DNA from: Azolla caroliniana
Lineage: Eukaryota > Plantae > Polypodiophyta
Length of the DNA: 64,000 nucleotides
Assembly: GCA_043228905.1 (NCBI GenBank)
Contig: JBHGNT010000001.1
Coordinates: 25,048,001-25,112,000, forward strand
Direction of reading: 5' to 3'
A program made the translations under genes and the position numbers. Numbering within the stretch: the stretch's first letter is position 1; each line of letters begins with the position of its first letter. Below, in pieces: positions 39,760 through 52,811 of the stretch. The notes under the pieces are model-generated. The model worked only from the letters and a program-made list of their open reading frames with translations. It made no database searches and was not told where the DNA came from.

Positions 39760-42700
39760 TCACCATGGTTTGTATATACCATCTGTTAGTTGTGGCATCA
39801 ACTCTGAGAGGGATGAAAACATTACCGAAAAGCCTTGAATCGATGAAGAAACCAATTCATTCATTACATGCCTGAAAGAACCAAAAGGCAGCTGACCAGC
39901 TAGAATCGGCAATATCAAAACCATCAAAAAGTGAAAAAACAGCCTCCGAAACCAGAAAGGTATTCCCATCCTCCTTTTCCTTGCAATTGAAGGTGAGCCA
40001 TGTAAAAGATGGTAGAAGAAAGGCGCATAACAATTAGCTAATGCATGTAGAACACAAAAGAGCTCCCACATAACTAGCCATTTCATACCATTTCCACCTA
40101 AGCTATCCACAGAGAGTTTTCCAGCAAATCCACATATCACTCCAAGCACAATAATAAGTATAGTGGCTGGCATTCTTTGGCTAGAGCTTGTTACACTTCG
40201 TCGGAGAAGTGATGCTGCTACGATTGCTACAACCACTGATCCGATGAGGATTCGCCCTGCTACCGTGATATGGCACACAAATGACTGAAGCTTTCCTACC
40301 AATGAATCAATAGAGTTGTACAACCAATCCACACCAAATCCTAGACTACGCCTTGGCTCCTAAAAGAAAATTTTCACAAAAGCAAATGATGTGTATAAGT
40401 TCAGAGGGACATATGTTAATATCGAAATAAATTTATGTTAAAGTTTTGAAAAGTTCCTAGAATATATTTCTACATTGTCTCACACATATTTTCTCATGTT
40501 TTAATAGAATGTATAGGTTTAGATCAGAGAAGGATGCATAAGATATCCATAGAGTCATATCACACTTGACATCAAAAAGATTTATGTTGAGTTTTCATAA
40601 GTTCTTCCAATGTATCTATACGTTTTTGCATGTTTTAATAGAAATTATAGGTTTCAACTTCAACACCATTTAGAATTTTTCTTTTATGATGCAGTTAACC
40701 ATTAAATCTTAGAGGGACTCATTTCTATGATTTTAGAAACCAAATGGTGTATAAACACATTGGGTACCTGTACCAACAGTTTTAGCAATCTAGACAATCA
40801 AAAGTCCCACTTTTTTTAAGTAAAAAGCATAAAAAACTCTTCTTTACCCTAATTTCAGGATCTCTGGGACCAGAAATTCAAAAGCATTTAATAACTTTCT
40901 TTCATAATGTTATTACACCAGAGCTGCATGCATTTTATATGAAGTTGAAAGAGATATTTAAAAAGCACCAAAAAGCAAAATAATGGTTATGCATACCTTG
41001 AATTCTAGTGGTTTGCATGATGACACAAGATCATTCAATAGTGAAAAGGAGTATTTTCGCACACCATAGGCCAGTGATATAAGCATGATAAATAATCCTG
41101 CCACCAATTCATCTGCACATGTGCTACTAAAGGTTGTATATGCCAAATTCGCCTTTTCTTCCAAGATTGTGCTCTCCTTGAAGCTTGCTCTTGACTTGTT
41201 TAGCAAGATGTGTTCTCTCATAAGATCATTAGATATGGATGTCAATTGTATTTTCTCTTCTTCTAATACACGTTGCTTTAGTAAATGTGCCACCTCAACA
41301 GATTTGATTTGATTCCGTTGCTCTTGAGCTTGCACATACCTCTCAAGGAAAGAAAGAAATGACCTCTGATGATCCAGAGGGCCCTCTCCTCTATACTTTC
41401 TTTGCACTAAAGAAACAGCATTCAAGCCTCGCTCCATCTTTGGATTAACATTAGAAACCTCTTGACAAAAATTACTAGAATATTCCGTAGAATAATCTAG
41501 TTCGGTCACACCATCTCTAGCATATGGAAGTAGCAAGTTATTATCCTTCAATGGAACCCCATCTTGGATACAGTTGAAGATGACATTGTTAGTCTTACTT
41601 GGGGTAAGATCTTCTGGTACAAGATCGTTATCAGAGCATAAATTCTCACTCAATGTGATCCTTTGCAGCTTGTCAACAATGATATCTTCCACCAAGGCAC
41701 AAGCATCTTTAGCACTAGAGGTAGAATTCCCCTCATCATCCAATAACAAACTTTCTATCTTTTCTGATAAAAGAGAGACTGGGTTAGGCTTCTTATCAAG
41801 TATATGTGATTGAAATTCATCAACAATGGTTGTCGCAAGTTCACAATTCATCCCAGTTGAAAGAGCTACTTCATTCGAAACTTGAACTACTTTAGTTATA
41901 TCCAAGTTGTCACTTCTCTTGTGAGAATTAGACTCTCTGTTCTTAGCTGATTTTGAATCAGTTACTTCATTAGAAATTTCGTCAATTTGAGTTATATCCA
42001 ATTTGTCAGTTCTCCCGTGAGAACTGGACTCTATATGCTTAGCTGATTTTTGAGATGAAATTTCAGGATCCCTAGTTTCATTGCTATATTTTTCTATTCT
42101 GGTAGAGCGCTCGCCAACCTCCACTTCTGGACTTATACAATTTCCATCCACAGACTTATTTTGTGACACCTTCAAATGCTGTAAACAAGCATCATGAACC
42201 CTGCATATGGTTGTATATGTAGTTCGGAATGAAGCCATGAAATCATCTAGTATTCTCAAAGATTCACATTCTCCAACAACCTAGATGGTATACACAAACA
42301 AAAATAGTATCAACCAAGACTGCTATAAATATGTTAACAAAAATTGGGGGCATAAAATTCCCTTAACAAACATATAGAAAATGAAAACATCGAAATGAGG
42401 GTTGTAAAACAATGCTCAACCAGCATATACAAAACATGTTCTTCAAATGAAGACTGTAAAAATATATAGATTTCATATCAACACATGAATAGCAAGCTCG
42501 AAGACAGAAATGATCAAATTTGTTTAGCTATTCTATGAAAAAGAAATGATGTAACTTGAGGTATACAGAAAAGGTAGAGATTTACCACAGCCAGTGAGTC
42601 TTTGAAAGCAATTTTGAAGAGCTGTAGAAATAAGATACCGAAAGAAATCATCAAACTATGAAGGCACCCCAAAGTATCCAGATTGAGTAAATAAACCTTA

Positions 42701-44957
42701 CCATGTTAATCTTGTCTGCTGGCACAGATGATCCACAATTAGAGGTTGTCAAAAGAACCTACAAAAAATGTAGGAAGTTTCTTATATCAAACACCCCCTA
42801 AATTATAGTTTGCCACGAATGGCTATCTGCAATCTATTAACAGCCAAGTTGTTCCACTCAGATTGAATAGAGTTATATTTTTAAAATCTACCATACATTA
42901 TCTCCCACTTTTTTCCCTGGTTTGACGAAATTGGCAAGCTATTAAAATCTAAAAACCTTGATTCCAACAAGTTCCAAAGCATCTAACTAATCAAGAGTGG
43001 AGCTTTCAATTTCCATGCATTTTTCTATTTTATATTCAGGATCTATGGTATATGAGACTAGAACATGACAATATTTAGTATTTTCTTGAACATGCTATGA
43101 ATCCTCTGAGAAAACAAAAATTAAACAAACGATGGATTGATACCTCAGCAAATACTGCACCTACAGCAGAGCCAATAGGGCTCCCAAGTGTCTGATTGTA
43201 ACCATTTTTAACATGTAATTTTGACGAATGGTAGCGCACATATTCAGAATTTTTCTCTTCACAAACAGCTTCTATGTTCTTCTCTTCTATGCACATGTCG
43301 TTTGAATCATCCCATTTTCTCCCCTGGTTTTGCATCCTTTTGAATCCCCAAGATATCGCAAGAAGGAATTTGGTCAATACCAACAACCCTAAGTTAAGCT
43401 GCAGCCAAGCTGACAAAGCATGGCCTTCAATCTCTCTATCTCTGCATACGGATAAAAATGCATGCTATATGAATAAGACTAAAACTGTATGCCATATAAA
43501 TTCCCTTCTGGGTGAAAAGAAAAAGCATTTAATTTGAGAAATCCAGCCAAACAAATATGACTACAGTGGTCATCACAATTACAAAACCTTCAATGTACAG
43601 TAATATGATCAAATGCTAGAATCTATCGGTAGTAAAGAGTTTAAACAAGATAATCAAGGGGGAAAACACAACAAAATTGGATGTCAATTCTAAATTTGAT
43701 TGTCAGGTTATGAGTGACGCCTCTAACTCTGAATGCATGTCTAACTCCAGATTTGGTATAAGGGTTACAGTTATGGTCAAACGATTCTAAGTCAGAATCC
43801 ATTATTTACTCCAAGAAACCATGCTGCAAAATTCATGAATAACCAAAAAAACATTTAAATATTGAGAAATCAAGAAGAGAAAACATGACCAAACTGACCA
43901 TCAATGCTAAAGTTTGAATATGGGATTTCAAAATTGAGTTTAGAGCTCGGGTTGTGAAATAATGCTTCTGAGTCAGAATATACAACTTATTAATTTCCAA
44001 ATTTGAAAGTAGGGTTCAGGTTTTGAGCAAACTAATACCTCTAAGAAAGACACACCAACCTTTCTCCAGATTGGAGGTAAGGTCAGGATTGCCCTCTAAT
44101 TCAAAATCCATGTTTTACTTCAATTTCAAGTATAGCACAATGACTGAACAACTTTAAGTCAGATGCCATGTTTATTTCAAAGTATGAGTGTAATGTTATG
44201 ATTGAACATCTTCAAAGCTTTTTGTTCTAGAAAAGTACCTGGATTGCTCCATTGTAAGTTTTCCATCTCCATCTCCACTTGGAAGATCCTTTTGAGGATT
44301 CAACTCAACTAAATGTTGTTTAGAACACTCATCAGAGTTTATACTAGAAACAGGACTTCTTGTTCCCGCCATGTTTCTCTGCTCCTCTTGACCATGTTCA
44401 ATGGGAGAATCCAAGATCAGCATCTTGGGAATGGCATTTTCACCAAATACTGAGGTTTCCAGGTGTGGAATCTTGAGAATTGAATCTCCGTTAACCGGGG
44501 ATTCAATAAGTGGAAACTTGGAATCGTAATCTTCGTCAATGGAGGATTCAGAAAGTGGAACCATGGCGTCTTCAGTTATGGGAGATTCTAAAGGTGGAAA
44601 CTTGGGTTTTCCTTCAATTGAAGCTGGGGTCTTGATTTCTTCATCCATGGAATCTGGAATCTTGGGTTCTACGTAGATGGAATCTTCCAGAGATACTGAA
44701 AATCGGGAAACTGAAGAAGAAGAAGAAGAAGCAGATTCTAAACATTCAAGCCATCGCCCAAGAGCTGTTTCTTCTTGGCTCTTGTTGATACAGAGGAGCT
44801 CATCTTTGTTGAGCCCTTGTTCAGCATGAGCTTCACAAGTGTGAGTAGGAGAGAAAGCAAGGAAGACCCAAAGAAGAGGAAGAAGAGAACAGAGTTGAAG
44901 GGAGTTGGGTTCCATGGCAAGCAGAAAATTAGGTGCAGACGAGGTCCATGGTAGCAT
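39760..44957 (-). CDS. CPR5: CPR5-like nuclear envelope/pore membrane protein, 6 exons: 44957-44239, 43441-43144, 42758-42702, 42621-42586, 42280-40997, 40359-39760 (997 aa if started at 44957)
   Basis: All five introns are GT-AG and in phase. CPR5-like motifs: TLGSPIGSAVGAV; SRASFKE..CADELVAGLFIM..LAYG..YS; RS.TSSSQRMPATI; GVICGFAGKLSVDSLGGNG..WL..WELFC. Confidence 0.88.
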
Positions 44958-46211
44958 GGGAAACGCAAAGAGAGAGAGTTTTTAAGGAAAAGGCCATACA
45001 TAAGTCTCTCCGATCGATCGATGATTCTCTGTACTGTTAGACAGAAGAGACAGAGAAGAGAAGTCCGGCGGAATCAAAGGTGAGTTTGAACTTGTTGGGG
45101 GGGGTGGGGGGGGGGGGGGTTAATTATATTTCTCTGTGTTTTCTGCCCACCTCCTTCTCCTCTCCACATACATACATACATACTGGTATATGTATATGTA
45201 CATATGTGGGTACTCTGTTTCGCTTCCAAAGAAACAGAGAGTAAAGTAAAAGTGGGTACTCTGTTTCGCTTCCAAAGAAACAGAGAGTAAAGTGAAAGAA
45301 GGAGAGAGAGAGAGTTGGAGGGCATTTAGTGAATTAGGAAATATGTGGAGTGGCATGTAGTGTGCATGCGGGATATTAGGTTTCGAACCCACTCCATAGT
45401 GCTAGAATGCTAGTAGTTTAATGATAACATACCAATAGGGTAAGCTAATTACACTAATTAAGTAATAAAGCGTCAAAAGTGGAAGGAATTGAGATGATTT
45501 TAATTGACATTCACAAACTCTCCATTCACATGTAATCGTGCTCACATCACTCTTGCTAATGCCACTCTAATTCCTCCCAATGCCATTTACATATTTTTAA
45601 TGCGCATTCGCTCGAGGGAACATATGAACAATGCCTTTCTTGCTTAGGCTCGTCGTGCTCCTGTCTAGCCTAGTTTGAATACAAGCGAGTAGACGCAAGA
45701 ATGTGATGATGCCTAGTTGTTGTATGATGTGTATTTGGATGTAGTCGTCAACAAGGATGACGTCGTTTAAAATTTAGAAACAATCTACACGAAGGCCACC
45801 ACTAAGACGTCGCATGCGCGATACTTTTCATTTGGTTAGAGTAGAATGTGCGTATTCGAGATTCAACGATGCAAATTTACGTACGAGTGGAAGAATCTAG
45901 CGGCTGGTATCATGAGACGAGAACGGTATCTACACATCGGAGATTGACAGTTTGAGACGAAAACTCTTCTCGAAGGTCATTTGTATGGTCATGAATGCTT
46001 TTCTATGGATTACATATGTCACACCGCATACCTTTATCCGATAAACCCATTTAAGCTCATCTCCATAATGTGGCGAGTAATAGAATGGTAAGGTAAGTGA
46101 CAAGAGATCCTATGAAAAATACGATGATCAAGAAATATGATGAGAAATAAGAGATCCTATCCGTTCACATGTGAGATCTTCATTCCTTTCACTTTTCGAT
46201 GAAAGGTCGAA

Positions 46212-46284
46212 GATCCTATGCCCTAATGGATAAGGTGTTGGTCTTCGAAACCAAAGATTCTAGGTTCGACCACTAGTAGGATCG
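46212..46284 (+). tRNA. tRNA-Arg(TCG)-like, ACG-type body, mutated
   Basis: GATCCTA/TAGGATC acceptor stem; TTGGT-CTTCGAA-ACCAA anticodon arm; GGTTCGA B box. Confidence 0.75.
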
Positions 46285-46522
46285 GTTTAGAATCGTGTAG
46301 AATCGTGACCCGAAGTCATAATGCGCATTCGTCTCAACCGTCTAGAAAATGCGCGGATCTTGTATCCACTGTTTTGGCTTAATGGATGCATTCATTTACG
46401 AGGATGATGAGGGTTAATAGGTAAAAGAAATGGAATGGTTTATCTGGCACAAATTCCTCATCAAAAGTGTATCACATGTCAATCACGATCCTCAATAGAA
46501 GTACAACCAATGGAAAACCGAA

Positions 46523-46602
46523 GATCTTATGGCCCAATGGATAAGGCACTGGTCTACAAAACTAGAGATTCTAGGTTCGATACCTGGTACCTGGTAGGAT
46601 CG
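46523..46602 (+). pseudogene. tRNA-Arg(ACG) pseudogene (anticodon decayed to ACA, 7-bp duplication in 3' half)
   Basis: Aligns to the other ACG copies. Confidence 0.8.
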
Positions 46603-46892
46603 ATTAGGATTAGGTTACGCTTCTCGAGAATCGGAATACAATGATGACAACGAGACTGCTCAGTAATGTTGCGCAATCAATATATGTGTGGATTCCTTGG
46701 GGTAGGGATAACATCACGTATTTGAACGTAATCATCGATCACGACGATGTCGTTTACATATTTTTAATGCGCATTTGCTCGAGGGAACATATGAAGAATG
46801 CCTTTCTTGCTTACGCTCGTCGTGCTCCTGTCTGGCCTAGTTTGAATACAAGCGAGTAGATGCAAGAATGTGATGACGCCTAGTTGTTGTAT

Positions 46893-49800
46893 TGTGGCGG
46901 TCACATCGACTGCACCCAAATTAGGCCCCTACCAAGCCCCCATAATTAGAAGAGCTAATTGGAGCGGGAGAACACCCTCCACGCTAAGAGTAGTCTATAA
47001 AATGTAATTTGGAACGTAATGGAAAGGGAGGCTATTCTTGAGAGCATTTCACATGTTGGTGGAGATGACGGGCCAAGCAACCCCAACTCACGACCCCAAC
47101 AACACACGCCACGATGTAACACGACAACAACGGCGACAACGCAAACTCAATGAATCCGGAATTCCTACAACAACAAATTCAAGAACATCAACCCACATCG
47201 CCAATCAACCAATTGGTTCAAGCCCTGTCCAACATTATTTTACAAGTTAACCATACTAACCAAGCCATGTTGTCATTTCTTTCAGCATGATCCGAACCAC
47301 AACAGAATCTCCCAGACCCTCAAGTTCGCCCAAAACCATTCTCTGGCCTACCATAGGAAGATGTCCTCTCTTGGCTGGATCATTTCGAAATGGTGGCCAG
47401 TTACCACCAGTGGTCACACCCCCGGAAGGCAATGGAAATGAAGACACTCCTCGAGAATATCGCAGCAACATGGATCGTCCAACAACCCGAAGAGACATGC
47501 AATGTCTGGGATCTGTTACAGGCAGCCATGTTTCGGAATTTTGCTCATCAAGACTCCCGACAGACAACCCTACAACAACTAGAGTCAATTGCCCAACAGC
47601 CACGCGAACTCATCACCCAATTCGTGGTTCGGTTTGTGCAGATCCTACGTTGGGCTGATGCCAACATGTCGGAAGACATGAAGTTGTTTTTTTCTGGCCG
47701 CATATCCGACATGACCTCCGCCACCGTGTACGCGATCAAGGCCCGACCACACTACACGAAGCCATCCTCACCGCCCAACGCATTGAAGCTGTAGACGCGC
47801 GTGACATGCACACACCAGGTAATCTCAGTCACGATCATACAAACACTATGCCAGCAGCCACTCCCATGGACATCGATGTCTAGAACGCGCAATTACGCGC
47901 CAAAGCGTGCATTGCCCGAACGAGACAGCCAGGGACACCCCAAATGTTTCTACTGCAACAACTATGGCCACATTCAGCGTCACTGTCGAAAGTGGCAAAA
48001 TCACCAACAGAAGTAGAACGTCCAATTAGCCGACGTTGCCTCCCTCTCTGAGCTCTCGGAAAACTAATGTGCGGGGTGCCACAAGGAGAGCCACCCCCGC
48101 ACGTCCATGCCTCCACGTCATCAACTTCTCCCGTTTCTCCCACGATCGAGCCGCCCCCGCACGTCCACGCCTCCACGTCATCAACTTCTACCATTTATAC
48201 CACGATCGAGCCGACCCCGCATGTCCACACCTCCACGTCATCAACTTCGCCCGTTTGTACCACAATCGCCCGCCTCCAGCACACGACCCAAGAAGTTCTC
48301 CTCGACTCCAGTAGCAGCATCTCTTCATCATCGTAGATTTAGTCACCCAATTACAACTTCCCACGAGCCATGCACTGCCCATTAAAATCCTCTTCGGCGA
48401 CCAACAACGGTTGTACCACTCACATACGCAAGTCATGTGCATGCTCACCATCAGTTCCGCCCAAATCCAACATCGTTTCTACGTCCTCCCGCGCCAATTG
48501 TTCCCAATCACCCTAGGTTGTGATTGGTTCCTCCATAGTCGAGCCTGTCTCGATTTCTCCTCACAACAACTCATCCTCCCCAATCACCTTCCGATCGCGC
48601 TCTTCACTACTCCGCAAGATACCACCCACATCAGCAACACACAGTACTTGGTATCACCGCCAAAGCGCATCCACGACATCCGACGGCTCCTAGCCACCTT
48701 TCCCTCGTTGTCTACACCACCTTCAAAACCTCCCTCAGTCCGTTTTCCGATCCACCACACGATTCCTACAAGCAACGGCCGCCCCATCAGCGCACCTCCC
48801 CAACGTCGCTCGCCTCTTGACCACGAGCGCATCGACAATGCCGTCAAAACTATGCTACAATAGGGGCTTATCACACCTTCCAAGAGCGAGTGGATCTCTT
48901 AGCCACACATGGTAAAGAAAGGGGATGGCTCTTACCGTTTTTGTGTCGACTTCCGACAACTAAAAAATGTCACCACCCACCTCGTATCGACGACCTCCTC
49001 GACCAGCTCGGCAAATCAAAGTACTTCACCTCCCTCAATCTAGCATCGGGATATTGGCAGATCCCTATGAATCCTAAAGATGCCCACAAAACTGCATTCC
49101 GCACTAGGAAAGGCATTTTTCAGTTCACACGGATGCCCTTCGGCCTATCCGATGCTAGGAGCACATTCCAGCGAATGGCTAACGCCATCTTCGATGATCT
49201 CATCACCCGCCGCGCCGTCATCTTCTATCGAGACGATATTCTGATACACACAAGCACTTGGGAGGAACACCTTCAAGACCTTCGGGAGGTCCTAACTTGT
49301 GTTCAATGCTATTGATTGCAGCTGCAATGGAAGAAGTGTCGATGGGGTAGTACGTGCTTCCACTTCCTCGGGTACGCCATCTCCTCCGACGAAGTACAAG
49401 TGGACCCAGAGAAGACGGAAGCAGTCCAAAAATTCCCACGCCCCACCACAGTCAAGCACCTTCAACACTTCCTCGGCCTCCTCATGTTCTCTTTTCGTTT
49501 CATCCCACGACTAGCCGACCTGTCAACCCCACTATGCGCGCTCTTGCAAAAAGACGCACCTTTCCTATGGACTGAAGCCTGCAAATCCTGCTTCCTACAG
49601 CTCAAGCGAACACTCCAAGCCTCTGACCTCCTGGCCCACCCTGATTTCACGAAGCCTTTCCATTTGCAGATGATGCCTCCAATGTCGGCCTTGGTGCGGT
49701 CCTGCTCCAATTCGACGACAACGACCACCTCCGCCCAATTGCCTACATATGTCGGTCACTTACCAAAGCCGAACAAAACTACTCGACAACTGAAAAAGAG

Positions 49801-51585
49801 TTGCTTGCCATCGTCTGGGCATTCCATCGTTTCCACCCATACCTAAATGGATCAAATACATCTGTTGAAACTGACCATCAGCCATTGCTCTCCCTCATAA
49901 AGAAGGCTCATCCACCCGGTCACTTACTCCGTTGGGCTTTGGTGCTACAGGATTACACATTCACTCCACGTTATCGCCGTGGTCCCCAGAACATCGTCGC
50001 CGATGGATTGTCCTGCATATCCTTTCAGGTGAACCAGATCGCCTCTAACACAATCGATTTCCCCATATCCTCGTCCCAAATGGCCAACATGCAACAACAC
50101 GACAAAAAAATCCAAGACATCTGCCACCGCCTACGAGCCGAGCCCACATCATCCCTCACCAAGCAATTCATGATCCAGGATAATGTCCTGCTTTTTTGCC
50201 AAGTAGGCAAGGAACCCCGGGTCTACGTGCCTGAGCAACTGCGCCTGTCTTACCTTCGTTTCTTCCACGATCACCCATTGTCTGGCCACTTGGGTTTTCA
50301 TAAGGTGTTAGACAAAATCCGTTGCAAATTCTATTGGCCGGGCCTACGCCACGAGGTCACCTCCTACATCAAAGCATGCAACTTATGTCAGGCCATCAAA
50401 TCACCTCAAGTGGCTCAAGGCCTCTTACGTCCGATACAAGTTCAAGCTCCATTTGAAATTGTCGGATGGGACATTATGGGCCTCTTTCCCGAATCACAAG
50501 AAGGGAAAAAATTCATCCTCGTCATAACCGAGTACTTGACGCGTTGGGCTGAGACGACCGCTATCCCCGATGCGAAGGCTATGACCATCGCCTCCAAACT
50601 ATTGGAGAAAATCATCTTCCCCCACGGTTGCCCACTCCAAATCTTGTCCGATCGAGGACCCCAATTCAACAGCGAGCTCCTACGCCTCGTTTCTACACAA
50701 TTAGGAATCCAACAATTATTCATGTCACCCTACCATCCGCAGACGAATGGATTGACGGAGCGCCTCAATCGAACCTTAAAACAACAAATCTCAGCCTACA
50801 TTGATCCGCTGCACTCGACTTGGGACTAGATCTTGCCCTTCGTTACACATGCCTACAACACAACTGTGCAAGCCTCCACCCGCATTAGCCCATTTCGGGC
50901 CCTTTACGGAAGGGACCCGCGCTTACCCCCAAAAGTGGCAGTCCAGCAACCAATCACACGACTCCACTCTGACGCAGCAGTGTCTTGGTGGTCCCACCTA
51001 CAATAACTCCAATCCCTCCTCCGCAAAGCCATCACGAGCAACCTGCACCAAGCACAGCTACGCCAAAAACGACAACACGATGCAGGCTGTGCCGACCATC
51101 AATACCACGTTGGCGACAAATTCCTCGTCTATTTCCCAATCTCTCATCGCGGCCTTAGCGAATTGCTCATGCACCGATGGATCGGTCCCTTCAAAGTTCA
51201 AAAGCAGATACGCAACACTACATATCTGCTCCGCCGCGCCTCCAACAACGGCTCTACCTTTCAATCTCGTACGAAGCCCTTCCATCAGCTACCATCACCC
51301 CTGCCCACAATCATGCCCGAGCCCCCGCCCACGCCCACACCCGTGTCATCCCCCCGCCTAGAACTGTCGTCCACGCCCCGTCGCGATCTGACCGCACAAT
51401 AACTTTTTTTTTTAAAAGGGGGAACTCTGCGGTCACATGGACCACACCCAAATTAGGCCCCTACCAAGCCCCCATTATTAGAAGAGCTAATTGGAGCGGG
51501 AGAACACCCTCCACGCTAAGAGTAGTCTATAAAATGTAACTTGGAACGTAATGGAAAGGGAGGCTATTCTTAAAAGCATTTCACA
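46893..51585 (+). mobile_element. Compact Gypsy element G (~4.7 kb, ~160-bp LTRs, tRNA-Ala-like PBS), decayed
   Basis: LTRs 46893-47053 and ~51426-51585; PBS TGGTGGAGATG 47057; PPT AAAAGGGGGAA ~51414; zinc knuckle CFYCNNYGHIQRHC; RT YRDD; integrase WDIMG/SDRG/ERLN. TSD not clean. Confidence 0.9.
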
Positions 51586-52392
51586 TCTAAAAATTTATGT
51601 ACGAGTGGTAGGATCGATTAGGATTAGGTTCCCCTTCTCGAGAATCGGAATACAACGATGACAACGAGACTGCTCGGTAATGTTGCGCAATCACTACATG
51701 CGTGGATTCCTTGGGGAAGGGATAACATCACGTATTTGAACATAATCATCGATCACGACGATGTCGTTTACATATTTTTAATGCGTATTCGCTCGAGGGA
51801 ACATATGAAGAATGCCTTTCTTGCTTAGGCTCGTCGTGCTCCTATCTGGCCTAGTTTGAATACAAGTGAGTAGACACAAGAATGTGATGACGCCTAGTTG
51901 TTGTATGATGTGTATTTGGATGTACTCGTCAACAAGGATGGCGTCATTTAAAATTTAGAAACAATCTACATGAAAGCCACCACTAAGACGTCGCATGGGC
52001 GATACTTTTCATTTGGTTAAAGTAGAATGTGCGTATTTGAGATTCAACAATGCAAATTTACGTACGAGTGGAAAAATCTACCGGTTGGTATCATGAAACG
52101 AAAACGGTATCTACACATCGGAGATTGACAGTTTGAGACGAAAACTCTTCTCGAAGGTAATTTGTATAGTCATGAATGCTTTTCTATGGATTATATACGT
52201 CACACCGCATAGCTTTATCCAATAAACCCACTTAAGCTCATCTCGTTAATGTGGCGAGTAATATATTGGTAACGTAAGTTACAAGAGATCCTATGAAAAA
52301 TACGATGATCAAGAAATATGATGGGAAATAAGAGATCTTATCCGATCACGTGTGAGGTCTTCATTCCTCTCACTTTTCGATGAATGGTCGAA

Positions 52393-52465
52393 TATCCTAT
52401 GGCATAAGGGATAAGCCGTTGGTCTTCGAAACCAAATATTCTAGGTTGGAACCCTAGTAGGATCG
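52393..52465 (+). pseudogene. tRNA-Arg(TCG) degenerate copy
   Basis: Anticodon arm intact; A box and B box (GTTGGA) mutated. Confidence 0.75.
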
Positions 52466-52738
52466 GTTTGGAATCGTGACCCTCGTGTACGTCGACATCA
52501 AGAACACGACGACCAAGAATAATTCACGGAGTCATATTGCGCATTCGTCTCAACCGTCTAGAAAATGCGCGGATCTTGTATCCATTGTTTTAGCTTAATG
52601 GATGCATTCATTTATGAGGATGATAATGTTTAATAGGTAAAAGAAATGGAATGGTTTATCTGGAACAAATTCCTCATCAAAAGTGTATCGCATGTCAATC
52701 GTGATCCTCAATGGAAGTACAACCAATGGAAAACCGAA

Positions 52739-52811
52739 GATTCAATGGCCCAATGGATAAGGCGCTGGTCTACGAAACCAAAGATACTAGGTTCGATCCT
52801 TGGTAGGATCG
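52739..52811 (+). tRNA. tRNA-Arg(ACG), acceptor-stem mismatches
   Basis: TGGCCCAATGGATAAGGCGCTGGTCTACGAAACC, matching plant cytosolic tRNA-Arg(ACG). Confidence 0.75.

Noticed and set aside
46523-46602. tRNA-Cys(ACA) by anticodon
   Set aside because: CpG decay of ACG in a broken Arg copy, not a new identity
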